From Candidatus Xenobia bacterium (lineage in GTDB: Bacteria > Vulcanimicrobiota > Xenobia > Xenobiales > QWHO01): 64,000 bases of DNA. The notes beneath the pieces were generated by a model. The model did no database searches. It was not told the DNA's origin and saw only the letters and a list, made by a program, of their open reading frames with translations. A program made the position numbers and the translations under genes. This document shows positions 1 through 9,100 of this stretch, in pieces; the stretch's first letter is position 1; each line of letters begins with the position of its first letter. The DNA lies in the NCBI GenBank assembly GCA_045863235.1, contig BTUM01000044.1, positions 1 through 64,000 on the forward strand, given 5' to 3'.

Positions 1-188
1 TCGCCCTGCTTGCCAGAGCAGCCGTCCTTGCCCGAGCAGCTGTTGTGGTCGGTCTGAGCCACGGTAGAGACCAGGCTCGGAGAGTCGCTCACCTGCGTTC
101 TGGCCGAGGCCGGCAGCAGCGACCCTCCTGCCAGGATTCCGGCGACCGCCGCCGTGAGGATGGCCCGGTTGAGCTCGTTTCGATTCAT
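1..188 (-). CDS. Small secreted Cys-repeat peptide (N-terminal part, runs off window); resembles bufferin/MNIO-type RiPP precursors
   Basis: Hand translation MNRNELNRAILTAAVAGILAGGSLLPASA-RTQVSDSPSLVSTVAQTDHNSCSGKDGCSGKQG...; GGAGG RBS upstream of ATG; Sec signal ending ASA; tandem CSGKxG. Not in the ORF track. Confidence 0.75.
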   Translation of the reverse strand, partial: MNRNELNRAILTAAVAGILAGGSLLPASARTQVSDSPSLVSTVAQTDHNSCSGKDGCSGKQG

Positions 189-497
189 GGTAGCCTCCGT
201 CTGATGTTGGGATGCACTGTCGAGGTGCTTCAAGCGATCCAATGACGGGCTCGGCGGATGGTTCCCCGGATGGGCGATCTTTCTTCAGGGATTCTGGAGA
301 GCCGCCAAACTGCGGATTCAACACGCGCAATGGCGATGATTCTCGGGCGGCCTGGTTCGCCATCGGCGATGCGAGGCTCGGTATTACGTGCGCCGCCGTG
401 GCCCCGGGGCCCGCCGGAGGGCACCAGGGGAGCCCCGCGGGGCACGACAGCACGGCTCAGTGTAGCAGCTGAGGAGTCGCGAGGGCTTTGACGGCCG

Positions 498-1049
498 TCA
501 AGCCGGGGGCTGACCGGGCGTCTCGCCGGCCACGAAGACCACGGCCGCGTCCACCAGGCCCACCGCGTAGCCGGCCTTGAACGTGGCCAGCAGGAAGGTG
601 CGGAACTCGTCCGCCGAGCCCTGGGCGGCCTGCTCGGCCTCGGCCTCGGTGGCCTGGTTCTGGTGCTTGCCGTAGCCCGACAGGAGCTGCAGGTCGTCGG
701 CTCCCATGCCGCGCCAGCTCTGGTCGGCCACCTCGCGGGCCTGGCTCAGGCTGCGCAAGAGTTTCCCCTCGTCGCCCGTGCGATTCTCGGCCAGTGGCTC
801 GAGCTGCCCGGCCTGGTACAGGATGGCACCGTCCAGGGCCCCGCACAACAGGCCCTGCGAGAGGGCCTGCAGGCCGAGCTGGCGGGCACTCTCGCGCCAG
901 TCGGCCGGCAACGGCTCGAGCGCTCGGGCCAGAGTGTCGGAGGAAAGCTCAGCCAGCGAGTCGGCCTCCCGAGGGCTCTCCTTGAGCTGGAGCAGCCGGG
1001 CCTCATTCTGGAGAAAGGCCTGGGACACGGTGCGGGGAGTGATCTGCAT
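498..1049 (-). CDS. Hypothetical helical protein (183 aa)
   Basis: Coding-like ORF; TAGAAT 6 nt upstream of ATG; weak internal duplication (ALSQGLLCGALDGAIL / TFKAGYAVGLVDAAVV). Confidence 0.75.
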   Translation of the reverse strand: MQITPRTVSQAFLQNEARLLQLKESPREADSLAELSSDTLARALEPLPADWRESARQLGLQALSQGLLCGALDGAILYQAGQLEPLAENRTGDEGKLLRSLSQAREVADQSWRGMGADDLQLLSGYGKHQNQATEAEAEQAAQGSADEFRTFLLATFKAGYAVGLVDAAVVFVAGETPGQPPA

Positions 1050-1134
1050 GCCCGCATTCTAGCCCGATCTCGTCCCCGAGGTTGTGAACAGCAGGTCAAA
1101 GGTTCTGCAAAGAATGGCCGGCTAGGCTCAGGTC

Positions 1135-1869
1135 ATGGACCGCCCGCTCCTGTTCGTGCCCGGCTACCGGGGACTGGCCTCGCACGGCCGCCAACTGGCT
1201 CGTTCCCTGGGTCAGGACGACTTTGCCGCCGTTTATCGCGAAGGCCATGAGGCCGCCTTTCGGGCGGCCGTGCGCTCGAACCCGCCCGGGACGGCCTATG
1301 CCATCCAGTTCTCCGACCGCAAGGGCAGCTTCACGGAGCAGGCCGACGAATTGACCGCCGCGCTACGAATCCTGCGCGAGGAGACGGGGGTGGAGTCGGA
1401 CGTGGTGGCTCACTCCATGGGGGGTCTGGTCACCCGCGAGCACCTTGATCGGGGAGAGGATGACATTCACGATCTGGTCATGCTGGGCGTTCCCAACCAC
1501 GGGGTGGCCCTGGCCCGGGGGGCCGACTGCCTGCGCCTGGGCTGGCTGGTGGGGGAGGGTCCTGACAGCTTTCGTGACGACGCACCCGAGCTCGAGCGTC
1601 TCAACGAGGGTTGGGTCGAGCAGCGCCAGAAGCTCGATCAGGTTGTCTCGGTCAGCGGCACCCGCCTGCCGGTGGTGGTCTCGCGCTTCCCCTTCGTGGC
1701 CGGCGGCGACGGCGCCGTGGCAGCCGAGAGCGTAAGCCTGCCGGGGGTCGAGCAGTACTCCGTGTCCGAGCTCGACCCGGACGTGGGGCGTCTGGGCGAG
1801 CACCACCGCGCTCTGCTCAGCAACCCTCGCGTGCTGGCTCTGGTGGAGGGCGTGTTGACAGGTCCATGA
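1135..1869 (+). CDS. Alpha/beta hydrolase (lipase/esterase, PGAP1-like)
   Basis: PLLFVPG, nucleophile elbow AHSMGG, GVPNHG, GDGAV and a late His. Confidence 0.85.
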   Translation: MDRPLLFVPGYRGLASHGRQLARSLGQDDFAAVYREGHEAAFRAAVRSNPPGTAYAIQFSDRKGSFTEQADELTAALRILREETGVESDVVAHSMGGLVTREHLDRGEDDIHDLVMLGVPNHGVALARGADCLRLGWLVGEGPDSFRDDAPELERLNEGWVEQRQKLDQVVSVSGTRLPVVVSRFPFVAGGDGAVAAESVSLPGVEQYSVSELDPDVGRLGEHHRALLSNPRVLALVEGVLTGP

Positions 1870-1892
1870 GTACATATTTAGTATATACTCAT
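1855..1892 (+). promoter_or_regulatory. Sigma70 promoter and palindromic operator of the TA operon
   Basis: TTGACA (1855-1860), 18 nt spacer, TAGTAT (1879-1884), ATG 6 nt later; inverted repeat ATGAGTACATA..TATATACTCAT (1866-1892, 10/11 match) overlaps the -10 box and start codon. Confidence 0.75.
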
Positions 1893-2136
1893 GGAACGTA
1901 AACTCGTGCAGATCGGAAAGTCCCTGGCCGTGACCCTGCCGGCTGAGGTGGTGCAGGCCTTCAAGCTGCGCAAGGGGCAGGGCGTGGATGTCTCGGTCCA
2001 CCCGCTTACCGGGGCCGTCATCATTCGGCCTGGCATCAAGTTCTACGAGGACGGTCAGGTGACCGACAACTTCCGCGCCCTGGCCGAGGGAGTGCGCGAC
2101 AAGTATCATGCAGCCTTCCAGGAACTGGCTCGCTAA
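1891..2136 (+). CDS. AbrB/MazE/SpoVT-family antitoxin
   Basis: RKLVQIGKSLAVTLPAEVV swapped-hairpin signature; C-terminal KYHAAFQELAR typical of Doc-associated antitoxins. Confidence 0.9.
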   Translation: MERKLVQIGKSLAVTLPAEVVQAFKLRKGQGVDVSVHPLTGAVIIRPGIKFYEDGQVTDNFRALAEGVRDKYHAAFQELAR

Positions 2137-2275
2137 ACTTGGTCGCCTTGACCGTGCCACGAAACGTGCGGTGAGAAACTTGTTTCGAACCGCTTCCAAA
2201 GTGTTGTGGCACGGGCGATGCGACGAAGTTCTACCTGTTGGGAATTCATCGCACAGTCAATGCGCGGGACTGTAA
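2134..2275 (+). repeat. 142-bp palindromic dispersed repeat, family A copy 1 (MITE/REP-like)
   Basis: 138/142 identical to the reverse complement of 61304-61445; bounded by TAA at both ends; nested inverted repeats. Confidence 0.9.
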
Positions 2276-2668
2276 TTGGTACTTTACCTGTCAGTGGCGC
2301 AGCTCGACTGGCTCCACCAGTTTCAGCTCGAGCATTACGGCGGCGGTCAGGGCGTGCGCGACCGCGGCGCCCTGGAGGCGGCTGCAGCGCGGCCAGCCAT
2401 GACCTACGGGGGAGAGGATCTCTATCCGGACCTACCCGGTAAGGCAGCCGCCCTGATGCACTCTCTGGTCAAGAATCATCCCTACGTGGACGGCAACAAG
2501 CGGGTAGGAGCCCACGCCGCGGTGGTGTTCCTGCGGGTCAACGGCTGGGACCTGGCGGCCGAGTCCGATGACCTGGAAAAGACCACCATGGCGCTGGCTG
2601 CCGGGGATCTGGACGTTGAATCGCTGACGGTCTGGTTTCGCCAGCGCTCCTTCCAGCGGTCCACCTGA
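2276..2668 (+). CDS. doc: Doc/Fic-family toxin (death-on-curing)
   Basis: GVRDRGALEAAAARP, KAAALMHSLVKNHPYVDGNKR (Doc variant of the Fic motif); TTG start. Confidence 0.9.
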   Translation: MVLYLSVAQLDWLHQFQLEHYGGGQGVRDRGALEAAAARPAMTYGGEDLYPDLPGKAAALMHSLVKNHPYVDGNKRVGAHAAVVFLRVNGWDLAAESDDLEKTTMALAAGDLDVESLTVWFRQRSFQRST

Positions 2669-2683
2669 GCCGCCCTGACAGCC

Positions 2684-2794
2684 TGCTAATGTGCTCGCAC
2701 TTTGGTTTTGCACATTAGCACAATCTGACGAACGCGCCGGAACTGCGTTCCAGCGCGTTGTAAAGTGCAAGACCAAAGGCCTTGCACTTTAGAC
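2684..2794 (+). repeat. Multi-hairpin dispersed repeat, family B copy 1 (REP/BIME-like)
   Basis: Near-identical to 29009-29093; three hairpins (TGCTAATGTGC..GCACATTAGCA; AACGCGC..GCGCGTT; TAAAGTGCAAG..CTTGCACTTTA); lies between convergent genes. Confidence 0.85.
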
Positions 2795-2807
2795 AATCTG
2801 GACTCTG

Positions 2808-4067
2808 CTAGTACTCGACGTTGGCCTGGGGAATCGCCGCCTTCAGAGCGCTCACCTCGGCGGCCGGGATGGGATTGCCGCGCAAGGTGACCTGGCTGAG
2901 CGAGCTCAGCCCCGCAAGCCCGGGCGGCACGTGGCTGAGGCTGTTGCCCTCCAGGCTGAGCACGCTGAGGTCGCGCAGGGTCTTCAGGTCGGGCATGCTG
3001 GTCAGCTTGTTGCCATCCAGGTTCAAAGTGCGTAGCTCGGTCAGCTTCTTGGGCGCCGGAACCTCGGTGAGGAGATTGCGGGCCAGAAGCAGGGTGCGCA
3101 GCGCGCGCAGCTTGCCCAGGGTGGCCGTCACGGCCGTCAGCTGGTTGTCGGACAGATCGAGGTAGACCAGCTGGGTCAGCTCGCCCAGCCCCTCGGGGAT
3201 GGTCCCCAGGTTGTTGCCGGAAATGTCCAGCCCCTTGAGCGAGGTGATCTGGAAAACCACCGCCGCATCCCGGGTCAGGTTGTTGTCCGACAGGTCGAGC
3301 TGCTCGAGGTGCAACAGGTCGGCCAGCGAGGCGGGCAGGCCTGTGAGGCCGTTCCCTTGCAGGTAGAGCTTCTCCAGGTTGCTCAGCTGGCCCACCTCGG
3401 CCGGCAGAGTCTTGAGCTGGCAGTTGCCCAGGTCCAGCGTGTCCAGCATCTTCAGGCCGCCGATCTCCGCAGGCACCGAGCCGATGGCGTTGCCCGCCAG
3501 CACGAGACTACGCAGGGAAGCCGACTTCAGCACCTCGGTTGGAAAGGCTGCCAGGCGATTGCCGCTGACGTCCAGGTCTTCCAGCCCCGCCAGCGCGGGC
3601 ACCGCGGTCAGCTGGTTGTGGCTGGCCCGCAGGTGGCGCAGGCTGCTCAGGGCCGGCAGCGAGGTCAGCTTGTTGTTGCTCACCGCCAGAAGCTCGAGGC
3701 GGGCCAGGTTGTCCAGGGGAGGCAACGAGGCCAGCTGGTTGTTGTTGGCCGTCAACATGCGCAGCTTGGCGAGCCGCCCCACCTCGGAAGGCAGCGCGGT
3801 CAGCTGATTGCCGTCCAGGATCAGCACCTGCAGGTCTTTCAGCTGCCCGATTTCCGGAGGTATCGACTTGAGACCGAGGTCGGACAGAATCAGCACCTTC
3901 AGGTTGGCGAACTGGGCCAGCTCGGCCCCCAGAGGGGTCTTCAGGTCGCGCAGTTGGAGCACTTCCAGCCTGGTGGGCGACTTGAGGGCCTCCTCCAGGG
4001 TGGTCTGGGCCGGGGCCGGAGCGATCAGGGAGAGGGCCGCCAGGGCGGCCAGCAAGAGCTTCTTCAT
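2808..4067 (-). CDS. Secreted leucine-rich-repeat protein (419 aa)
   Basis: Signal peptide MKKLLLAALAALSLIAPAPA; roughly 16 LxxLxLxxNxLxxLP repeats; start overlaps upstream stop (TGATG) with GGAGG RBS. The 4805 start in the ORF track is too long. Confidence 0.9.
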   Translation of the reverse strand: MKKLLLAALAALSLIAPAPAQTTLEEALKSPTRLEVLQLRDLKTPLGAELAQFANLKVLILSDLGLKSIPPEIGQLKDLQVLILDGNQLTALPSEVGRLAKLRMLTANNNQLASLPPLDNLARLELLAVSNNKLTSLPALSSLRHLRASHNQLTAVPALAGLEDLDVSGNRLAAFPTEVLKSASLRSLVLAGNAIGSVPAEIGGLKMLDTLDLGNCQLKTLPAEVGQLSNLEKLYLQGNGLTGLPASLADLLHLEQLDLSDNNLTRDAAVVFQITSLKGLDISGNNLGTIPEGLGELTQLVYLDLSDNQLTAVTATLGKLRALRTLLLARNLLTEVPAPKKLTELRTLNLDGNKLTSMPDLKTLRDLSVLSLEGNSLSHVPPGLAGLSSLSQVTLRGNPIPAAEVSALKAAIPQANVEY

Positions 4068-4606
4068 CAGCGTCGTCCTCCACCGCCGGTGCGGATCATG
4101 GGGTAGCCGTCCCGGTCGAAGTGGGTCGGCTCGGCCCAGGGCTCGGGCCCCGGATAGCCCCAATAGCCGTAGGGGTAGTAATAGGGGATGCCCGAGCCGT
4201 AGACCGGGCCGACCATCGGGTATTCCTTGTACATCTGCAGGCCCGAGTCGGTCGGCTTGGACGCTGTCTCCTGCCCGCTGGGCAAAACCTGCAGGAAGGT
4301 CTGCTGTTGCAGGCTGCCCGCCGTTGCCTGGATGCGCACGTACTGGGCCTGGCTGGTCGGCGAAGTGGCCACCGAGAAGCCCGTGTACTTGGCTCCCGCC
4401 GGGATGATCACCGAGGAAGGCACGCGCACGTCGTCCCCGCTCCAGAGGTTGACCACCGTGCCGCCAGCGGGGGCGGGATTGGCGAGGGCCACGGTGCCCC
4501 CCACGGTGGCGCCGCCCACCACCTGGGACTGGTTCAGATTGAGGGCCAGAAAGTCTTGCGCCTGAGCTGGCAAGACCAGCAGGAGCAGGCAGAGGAATCT
4601 GAGCAT
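4067..4606 (-). CDS. Secreted protein with Ig-like beta domain and Tyr/Pro/Gly-rich tail
   Basis: Signal MLRFLCLLLLVLPAQA; VVGGATVGGTVALANPAPAGG..VPSSVIIPAG beta-sandwich pattern; GGAGG RBS. Confidence 0.75.
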   Translation of the reverse strand: MLRFLCLLLLVLPAQAQDFLALNLNQSQVVGGATVGGTVALANPAPAGGTVVNLWSGDDVRVPSSVIIPAGAKYTGFSVATSPTSQAQYVRIQATAGSLQQQTFLQVLPSGQETASKPTDSGLQMYKEYPMVGPVYGSGIPYYYPYGYWGYPGPEPWAEPTHFDRDGYPMIRTGGGGRR

Positions 4607-4878
4607 GGGATAGGTTTCCCTCCAGTATGAGGCTGCGGTTGAGACTGCCCGGGAGCGGGCCAAAGTTCCGCCGCACTTCCCGGCCGGGGAGGGTCAGACC
4701 TGCCTGCGGTGGCGCCTGCAGCCTGGTCAGAATGTTCCCGCGGCCGCCACAGATTCCGGGGCTGTCGAGCCGAGTTCGCAATCTCGTCATCTGCTCGCCC
4801 GTCATTCAACGCTGCATCGACGCGGGGCGCGACGCGACCTGGCTAGCATGCGGACAGTCGATATCTCAGGAGGTCGCG

Positions 4879-5982
4879 ATGCTGATCCGAGCCAGCCATC
4901 ATCCCCCCGTCCGGACCGAGCCCGAGAAATTCGGGGTCGAGGTGCCCGGCTACACCGGTCCCGAGGACGGTCTCTCCAGCCGCAAGTACGACGCCGTCCT
5001 GCAGCCCTTGAATCGGCTCCTGATCGCCGGCTGCTTCCGGCTCGAGGTGGAGGGACAGGAGAACTTTCCCCATCAGGGTCGCCACGTTTACTGCCCCAAC
5101 CACCCCAGCTACTTCGACCCGCCCCTGATCGCCAGCTTGAGCGAGCGCGACATGCGCTACATCGCCAACGTCAACGTCTTCGACGGCGTGCGCGGGCACT
5201 TCATGACCTGGGGAGGCGCCTTCCCCGTCCATCGCGAGGCAGCTCGGGTCAAGACCCTGCGCCACGCCGTGGACGTCCTGCGCGAGGGGAAGGGGCTGTG
5301 CATCTTCCCCGAGCACAACGTGGTGGCCGATCCCGAGCGTATTCCCGACCAGGTCAACCCGCTCAAGAAGGGGGCCGCTTACTTTGCCCTGCGCGGCCAG
5401 GCTGAGTCCATCGTGCCGATCGCTATCGACTATCGCGAGTTCTGCGCTCGCCCCGGTCCATCCAGGCTCGGCCTGGCCGCGGCCGCGGCCCTGGCTGTCG
5501 GGGGGGTCGTGGCCGGAGCCTGCGGCGGCCCCGTGGCCCGCATCGCCGTGGCCACCCTTTCGGGCGCCGTGGCCGGCGCCTACGGCGTGGGAAAGCTCTG
5601 CTATGACGCCGTGCCCAATCCCGGGCCTTACGACCCGTTTCCGAAATACTTCGCCACTTTGAAGGGAGGAGCGGCCGGCTCGGTGCTGGCCGGCGCCGCC
5701 GCAGGCTTCTCCACCGCTCTGGGAGAGGGGGGTCTGGCCTGCAGCCTGTCCGGATTGGCCGGGGCACTGGGAGCCTACGCGCTGGTGAAGGCCTGGCAGG
5801 AAAGGCCGGTCGCCAGGGTGCTGATCGGCGAGCCTCTGGTGGTGGCCCCCTATCGGCAGGATGGGTGCAATCGGAAGGCGGTGGTTCGGCTGACCGAGGA
5901 TCTGCACGCCGCGCTCGGCCGGACCACCGAGCAGTTGACCGGGAAGCCTTACGCCTGCGAGGGACCCCGCATCTCTTCGTGA
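4879..5982 (+). CDS. PlsC-like lysophospholipid acyltransferase with Gly/Ala-rich hydrophobic insertion
   Basis: NHPSYFD (HxxxxD), GAFPVHR, IFPEH, IVPIAI; AGGAGG RBS before ATG 4879. Confidence 0.85.
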   Translation: MLIRASHHPPVRTEPEKFGVEVPGYTGPEDGLSSRKYDAVLQPLNRLLIAGCFRLEVEGQENFPHQGRHVYCPNHPSYFDPPLIASLSERDMRYIANVNVFDGVRGHFMTWGGAFPVHREAARVKTLRHAVDVLREGKGLCIFPEHNVVADPERIPDQVNPLKKGAAYFALRGQAESIVPIAIDYREFCARPGPSRLGLAAAAALAVGGVVAGACGGPVARIAVATLSGAVAGAYGVGKLCYDAVPNPGPYDPFPKYFATLKGGAAGSVLAGAAAGFSTALGEGGLACSLSGLAGALGAYALVKAWQERPVARVLIGEPLVVAPYRQDGCNRKAVVRLTEDLHAALGRTTEQLTGKPYACEGPRISS

Positions 5983-6153
5983 GGCGGACTGCCCGACGAA
6001 CCGTACGAGGACATGCACCGAACGGCCCGAATCACAGGGCAGAAGCCGGGCCCTCAAGCAATGCTTCGCCAGCATCGATCGGCTCAAGCTGAGCTCATGG
6101 TCTGACTCACGGTCCCGGACCCTTGATCCCGGGACCGAATGGAGGAGATGAGC

Positions 6154-9100
6154 ATGCAACTGTCGACCGCTCCTGTCGTCGCTGAGTGGACCCCGATCGC
6201 GGTCACCGGTATCGGCTGCCGATTCCCTGGCAACGTCCACGATGTGGAAGCGTTCTGGGCCCTGCTCATGGACGGGGTGGACGCGGTGAGCGACATTCCC
6301 ACCGAGCGCTGGCTCAAAGCTCGCTTTCACCACCCTGACAAGGGAAAGGACTATCGCACTCCCCAAGGTCAGGGAGGCTTTCTCAAGCAGATCGACGGCT
6401 TTGATCCGGCTTTCTTTGGCATCTCTCCGCGCGAAGCTTCCACCCTGGACCCCCAGCAGCGCATGCTCCTGGAAGTGGCCTGGGAAGCTCTGGAAGACGC
6501 TGGCTATCCCCTGGAAAAGGTGGCCGGCACTCGCATGGGCGTGTTCACCGGTGCCTCGTCGCACGACTACTATGACATTCAAGACCTCGACTCGCTCACC
6601 ACCCACAGCGTCACCGGGTGGGCCATGTGCATGACCTCCAACCGTATCTCTTATGCCTTCGACCTGCACGGGCCGAGCCTGACGGTCGACACGGCCTGCT
6701 CTTCCTCCCTGGTGGCCATCCACGCGGCGGTGACCAGCATCCAGCGCGGCGAAAGCGACACGGCCCTCGCCTGCGCCGTCAACGCGATGCTCCACCCCAT
6801 CCACCACGTGGCCTTCAGTCGCCTGTCGATGCTCAGCCCCACCAGCCGCTGCCACGCCTTCGACGCAAGTGGGGACGGGTACGTGCGCAGCGAGGGGGCG
6901 GGGGTGGTGGTGCTCAAGCCTCTGGCCAGGGCCCTGGCGGACGGGGACCACATCTACGCCACCATCTTGCGCACCGTGGTCAATTCCGACGGGCGCAACG
7001 AAGGTCTCACCTTCCCCAGCGTCGAGGGCCAGATCCGGCTGCTCCAAGACGCCTACCAGGGACTGCCGATCGAGCGGGTGCGCTATATCGAGGCCCACGG
7101 CACGGGCACGGCGGCTGGCGACCCGGTGGAAACCAGGGCCATCGGCACCGTGCTCGGGCTTGCCGAACGACCGGTCAAGGTGGGCTCGGTCAAGACCAAC
7201 ATCGGTCACCTCGAGGCGGGCGCGGGCATGGCCGGGCTGATCAAGACCTGTCTGATCGCATCCAGGCGGAAGATTCCGGCCAATCTGCACTTCCACGAGC
7301 CCAATCCCAACATCCCCTTCCAGGCGCTGGGGCTGGAGATCCCCACGGCCGCATCGGATTTGCCCGAGGGCGAGGTCCTGATGGGAGTGAACAGCTTCGG
7401 CTTTGGAGGGACCAACGGTCACGTGGTGCTGGCCACTCCCCCCCTCCCGGGCGGCAAAGAGCGCCCGCCTGCCAGCCACGAGCCCCATCTGCTCTGTCTG
7501 TCGGCTCGCAGCGAAGGGGCCCTGAAAGACTTGCTGGTGAGCTATCAAGCGATCCAGGGGCCATCTCTGCGTGAGCTCGCCTACTCCAGCCTGATGCGCC
7601 GAACCCATCATCCCTACCGCGCCGCGGTGGTGGTCGAGCAGGATTTGGCCGACCTGGAGAAGGCCGTCGTGCACCCGGCCGTCCGACAGACTCCACGGGT
7701 GGCCTTCGTCTACAACGGGCAGGGGTCGCAATGGCTGGGAATGGGTCGCACCCTGCTTTCGGACCCCACCTTCAGCGCCTTCGTGGACGAGTGCGAGCCC
7801 CACTATAAGAGCCTGGCGGGATGGTCCTTGCGGGAGGCGTTCGAGCAGGACAGCACTTCCATCGATAAGACCGCCGTCGTCCAGCCCATGCTGTTTGCCC
7901 TGCAGGCCGGGCTGACGCGCATGCTGGCGGCCTGGGGCGTCGAGCCCGAGGTCGTGATCGGCCACAGCGTGGGCGAGGTGGCCTCGGCCTGGGCCTCGGG
8001 AGCTCTGGAGCTGGCCGATGCCATTCACCTGGTGGTGCATCGAGGCCGCCTGATGGACCGCGAGTCCAGCAAGGGCCGCATGATCTCGGTATCGGCCTCG
8101 GCTCAGGAGGTGTCTCGCTTCTTGCAGCCGGGTGTCTGCGTGGGGGCGGTGAACGCCCCCGGGACGGTGGTTCTGTCAGGCGAGCACCGGGCCATGGAGG
8201 AAGTCAACCAGCGCCTGCGCGACGCGGGCTTCGACTGCACCGACGTCAAGGTCGAGTACGCCTTTCACAGCGCTCAGCTCGACGTCATCGAAGACGAGTT
8301 GAAGGCTGCCCTGCAGGCACTGAGCCCCCGCCAGCCCGCTCGCACCCTGCTCTCGACGGTCACCGGCGGCCCCGTCGACAAGACCGACGCAGCCTACTGG
8401 TGGCAGAACGTGCGCTCCACGGTGCGCTTTGCCGACGCCGTGGCCCGGGCCGTATCCGACGGCGTCACGCTGTTCCTGGAGGTGGGCGGGCACCCCGTGC
8501 TGGGGCCGTCCATCAGCGAGAGCGGTGGGCGAGCGGTGGCCACCTTGCGCCGTCACCAGCCGGAGCGTCGGGCCTTTCTGCAGGCTCTGGGCGAGCTCTA
8601 CTGCCTGGGTCAGTCCCTGCAGTGGGGCGATGGAGCAGCCCCGGATTGGGTGGCGCTGCCTCACTATCCCTGGCAGCACGAGCGCTACTGGCAGGAGTCG
8701 CGTCGCGTGCACAGATTTCGCCTGGAGCCGACCCAGTACGCCATGCTCGGTTTTCAGGCCGAGCCCAATGTCTTCAACCAGCTCTTGACCTCGCAGGATC
8801 CCTCCTGGCTGAAAGACCACCAGTTCCACAGTCAGATCATCCTGTCGGCCAGCTCCATGATGGAGATGGGCTTCGAGGCGGCCCACGCCCGCCAGGGCAG
8901 CCTGCCGCTGGTGCTCGACAACGTCCACATCGACTCGGCCTGCTTCATCAACAGCCAGATGCTCCTCCAGACCATCGTCAACGAGGACGGCACTCTGGCT
9001 ATCCATGCCGAGGCCATCGACGGCAGCGAGAAGCGCACGGTCATATTCCGGGCCCACATCTGCAGCGATCCGGGGGGAATCCCGGCCAACCTGGATGTGG

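Noticed and set aside
189..497. Small ORFs or ncRNA in the GC-rich gap with hairpins at about 395-475
   Set aside because: No RBS-supported ORF, no second copy in the window, and hairpins are expected by chance at this GC content.
2134..2794. Integron attC sites flanking the doc gene
   Set aside because: The hairpins lack convincing RYYYAAC/GTTRRRY core sites, there is no integrase, and the TA pair is split rather than contained in one cassette.
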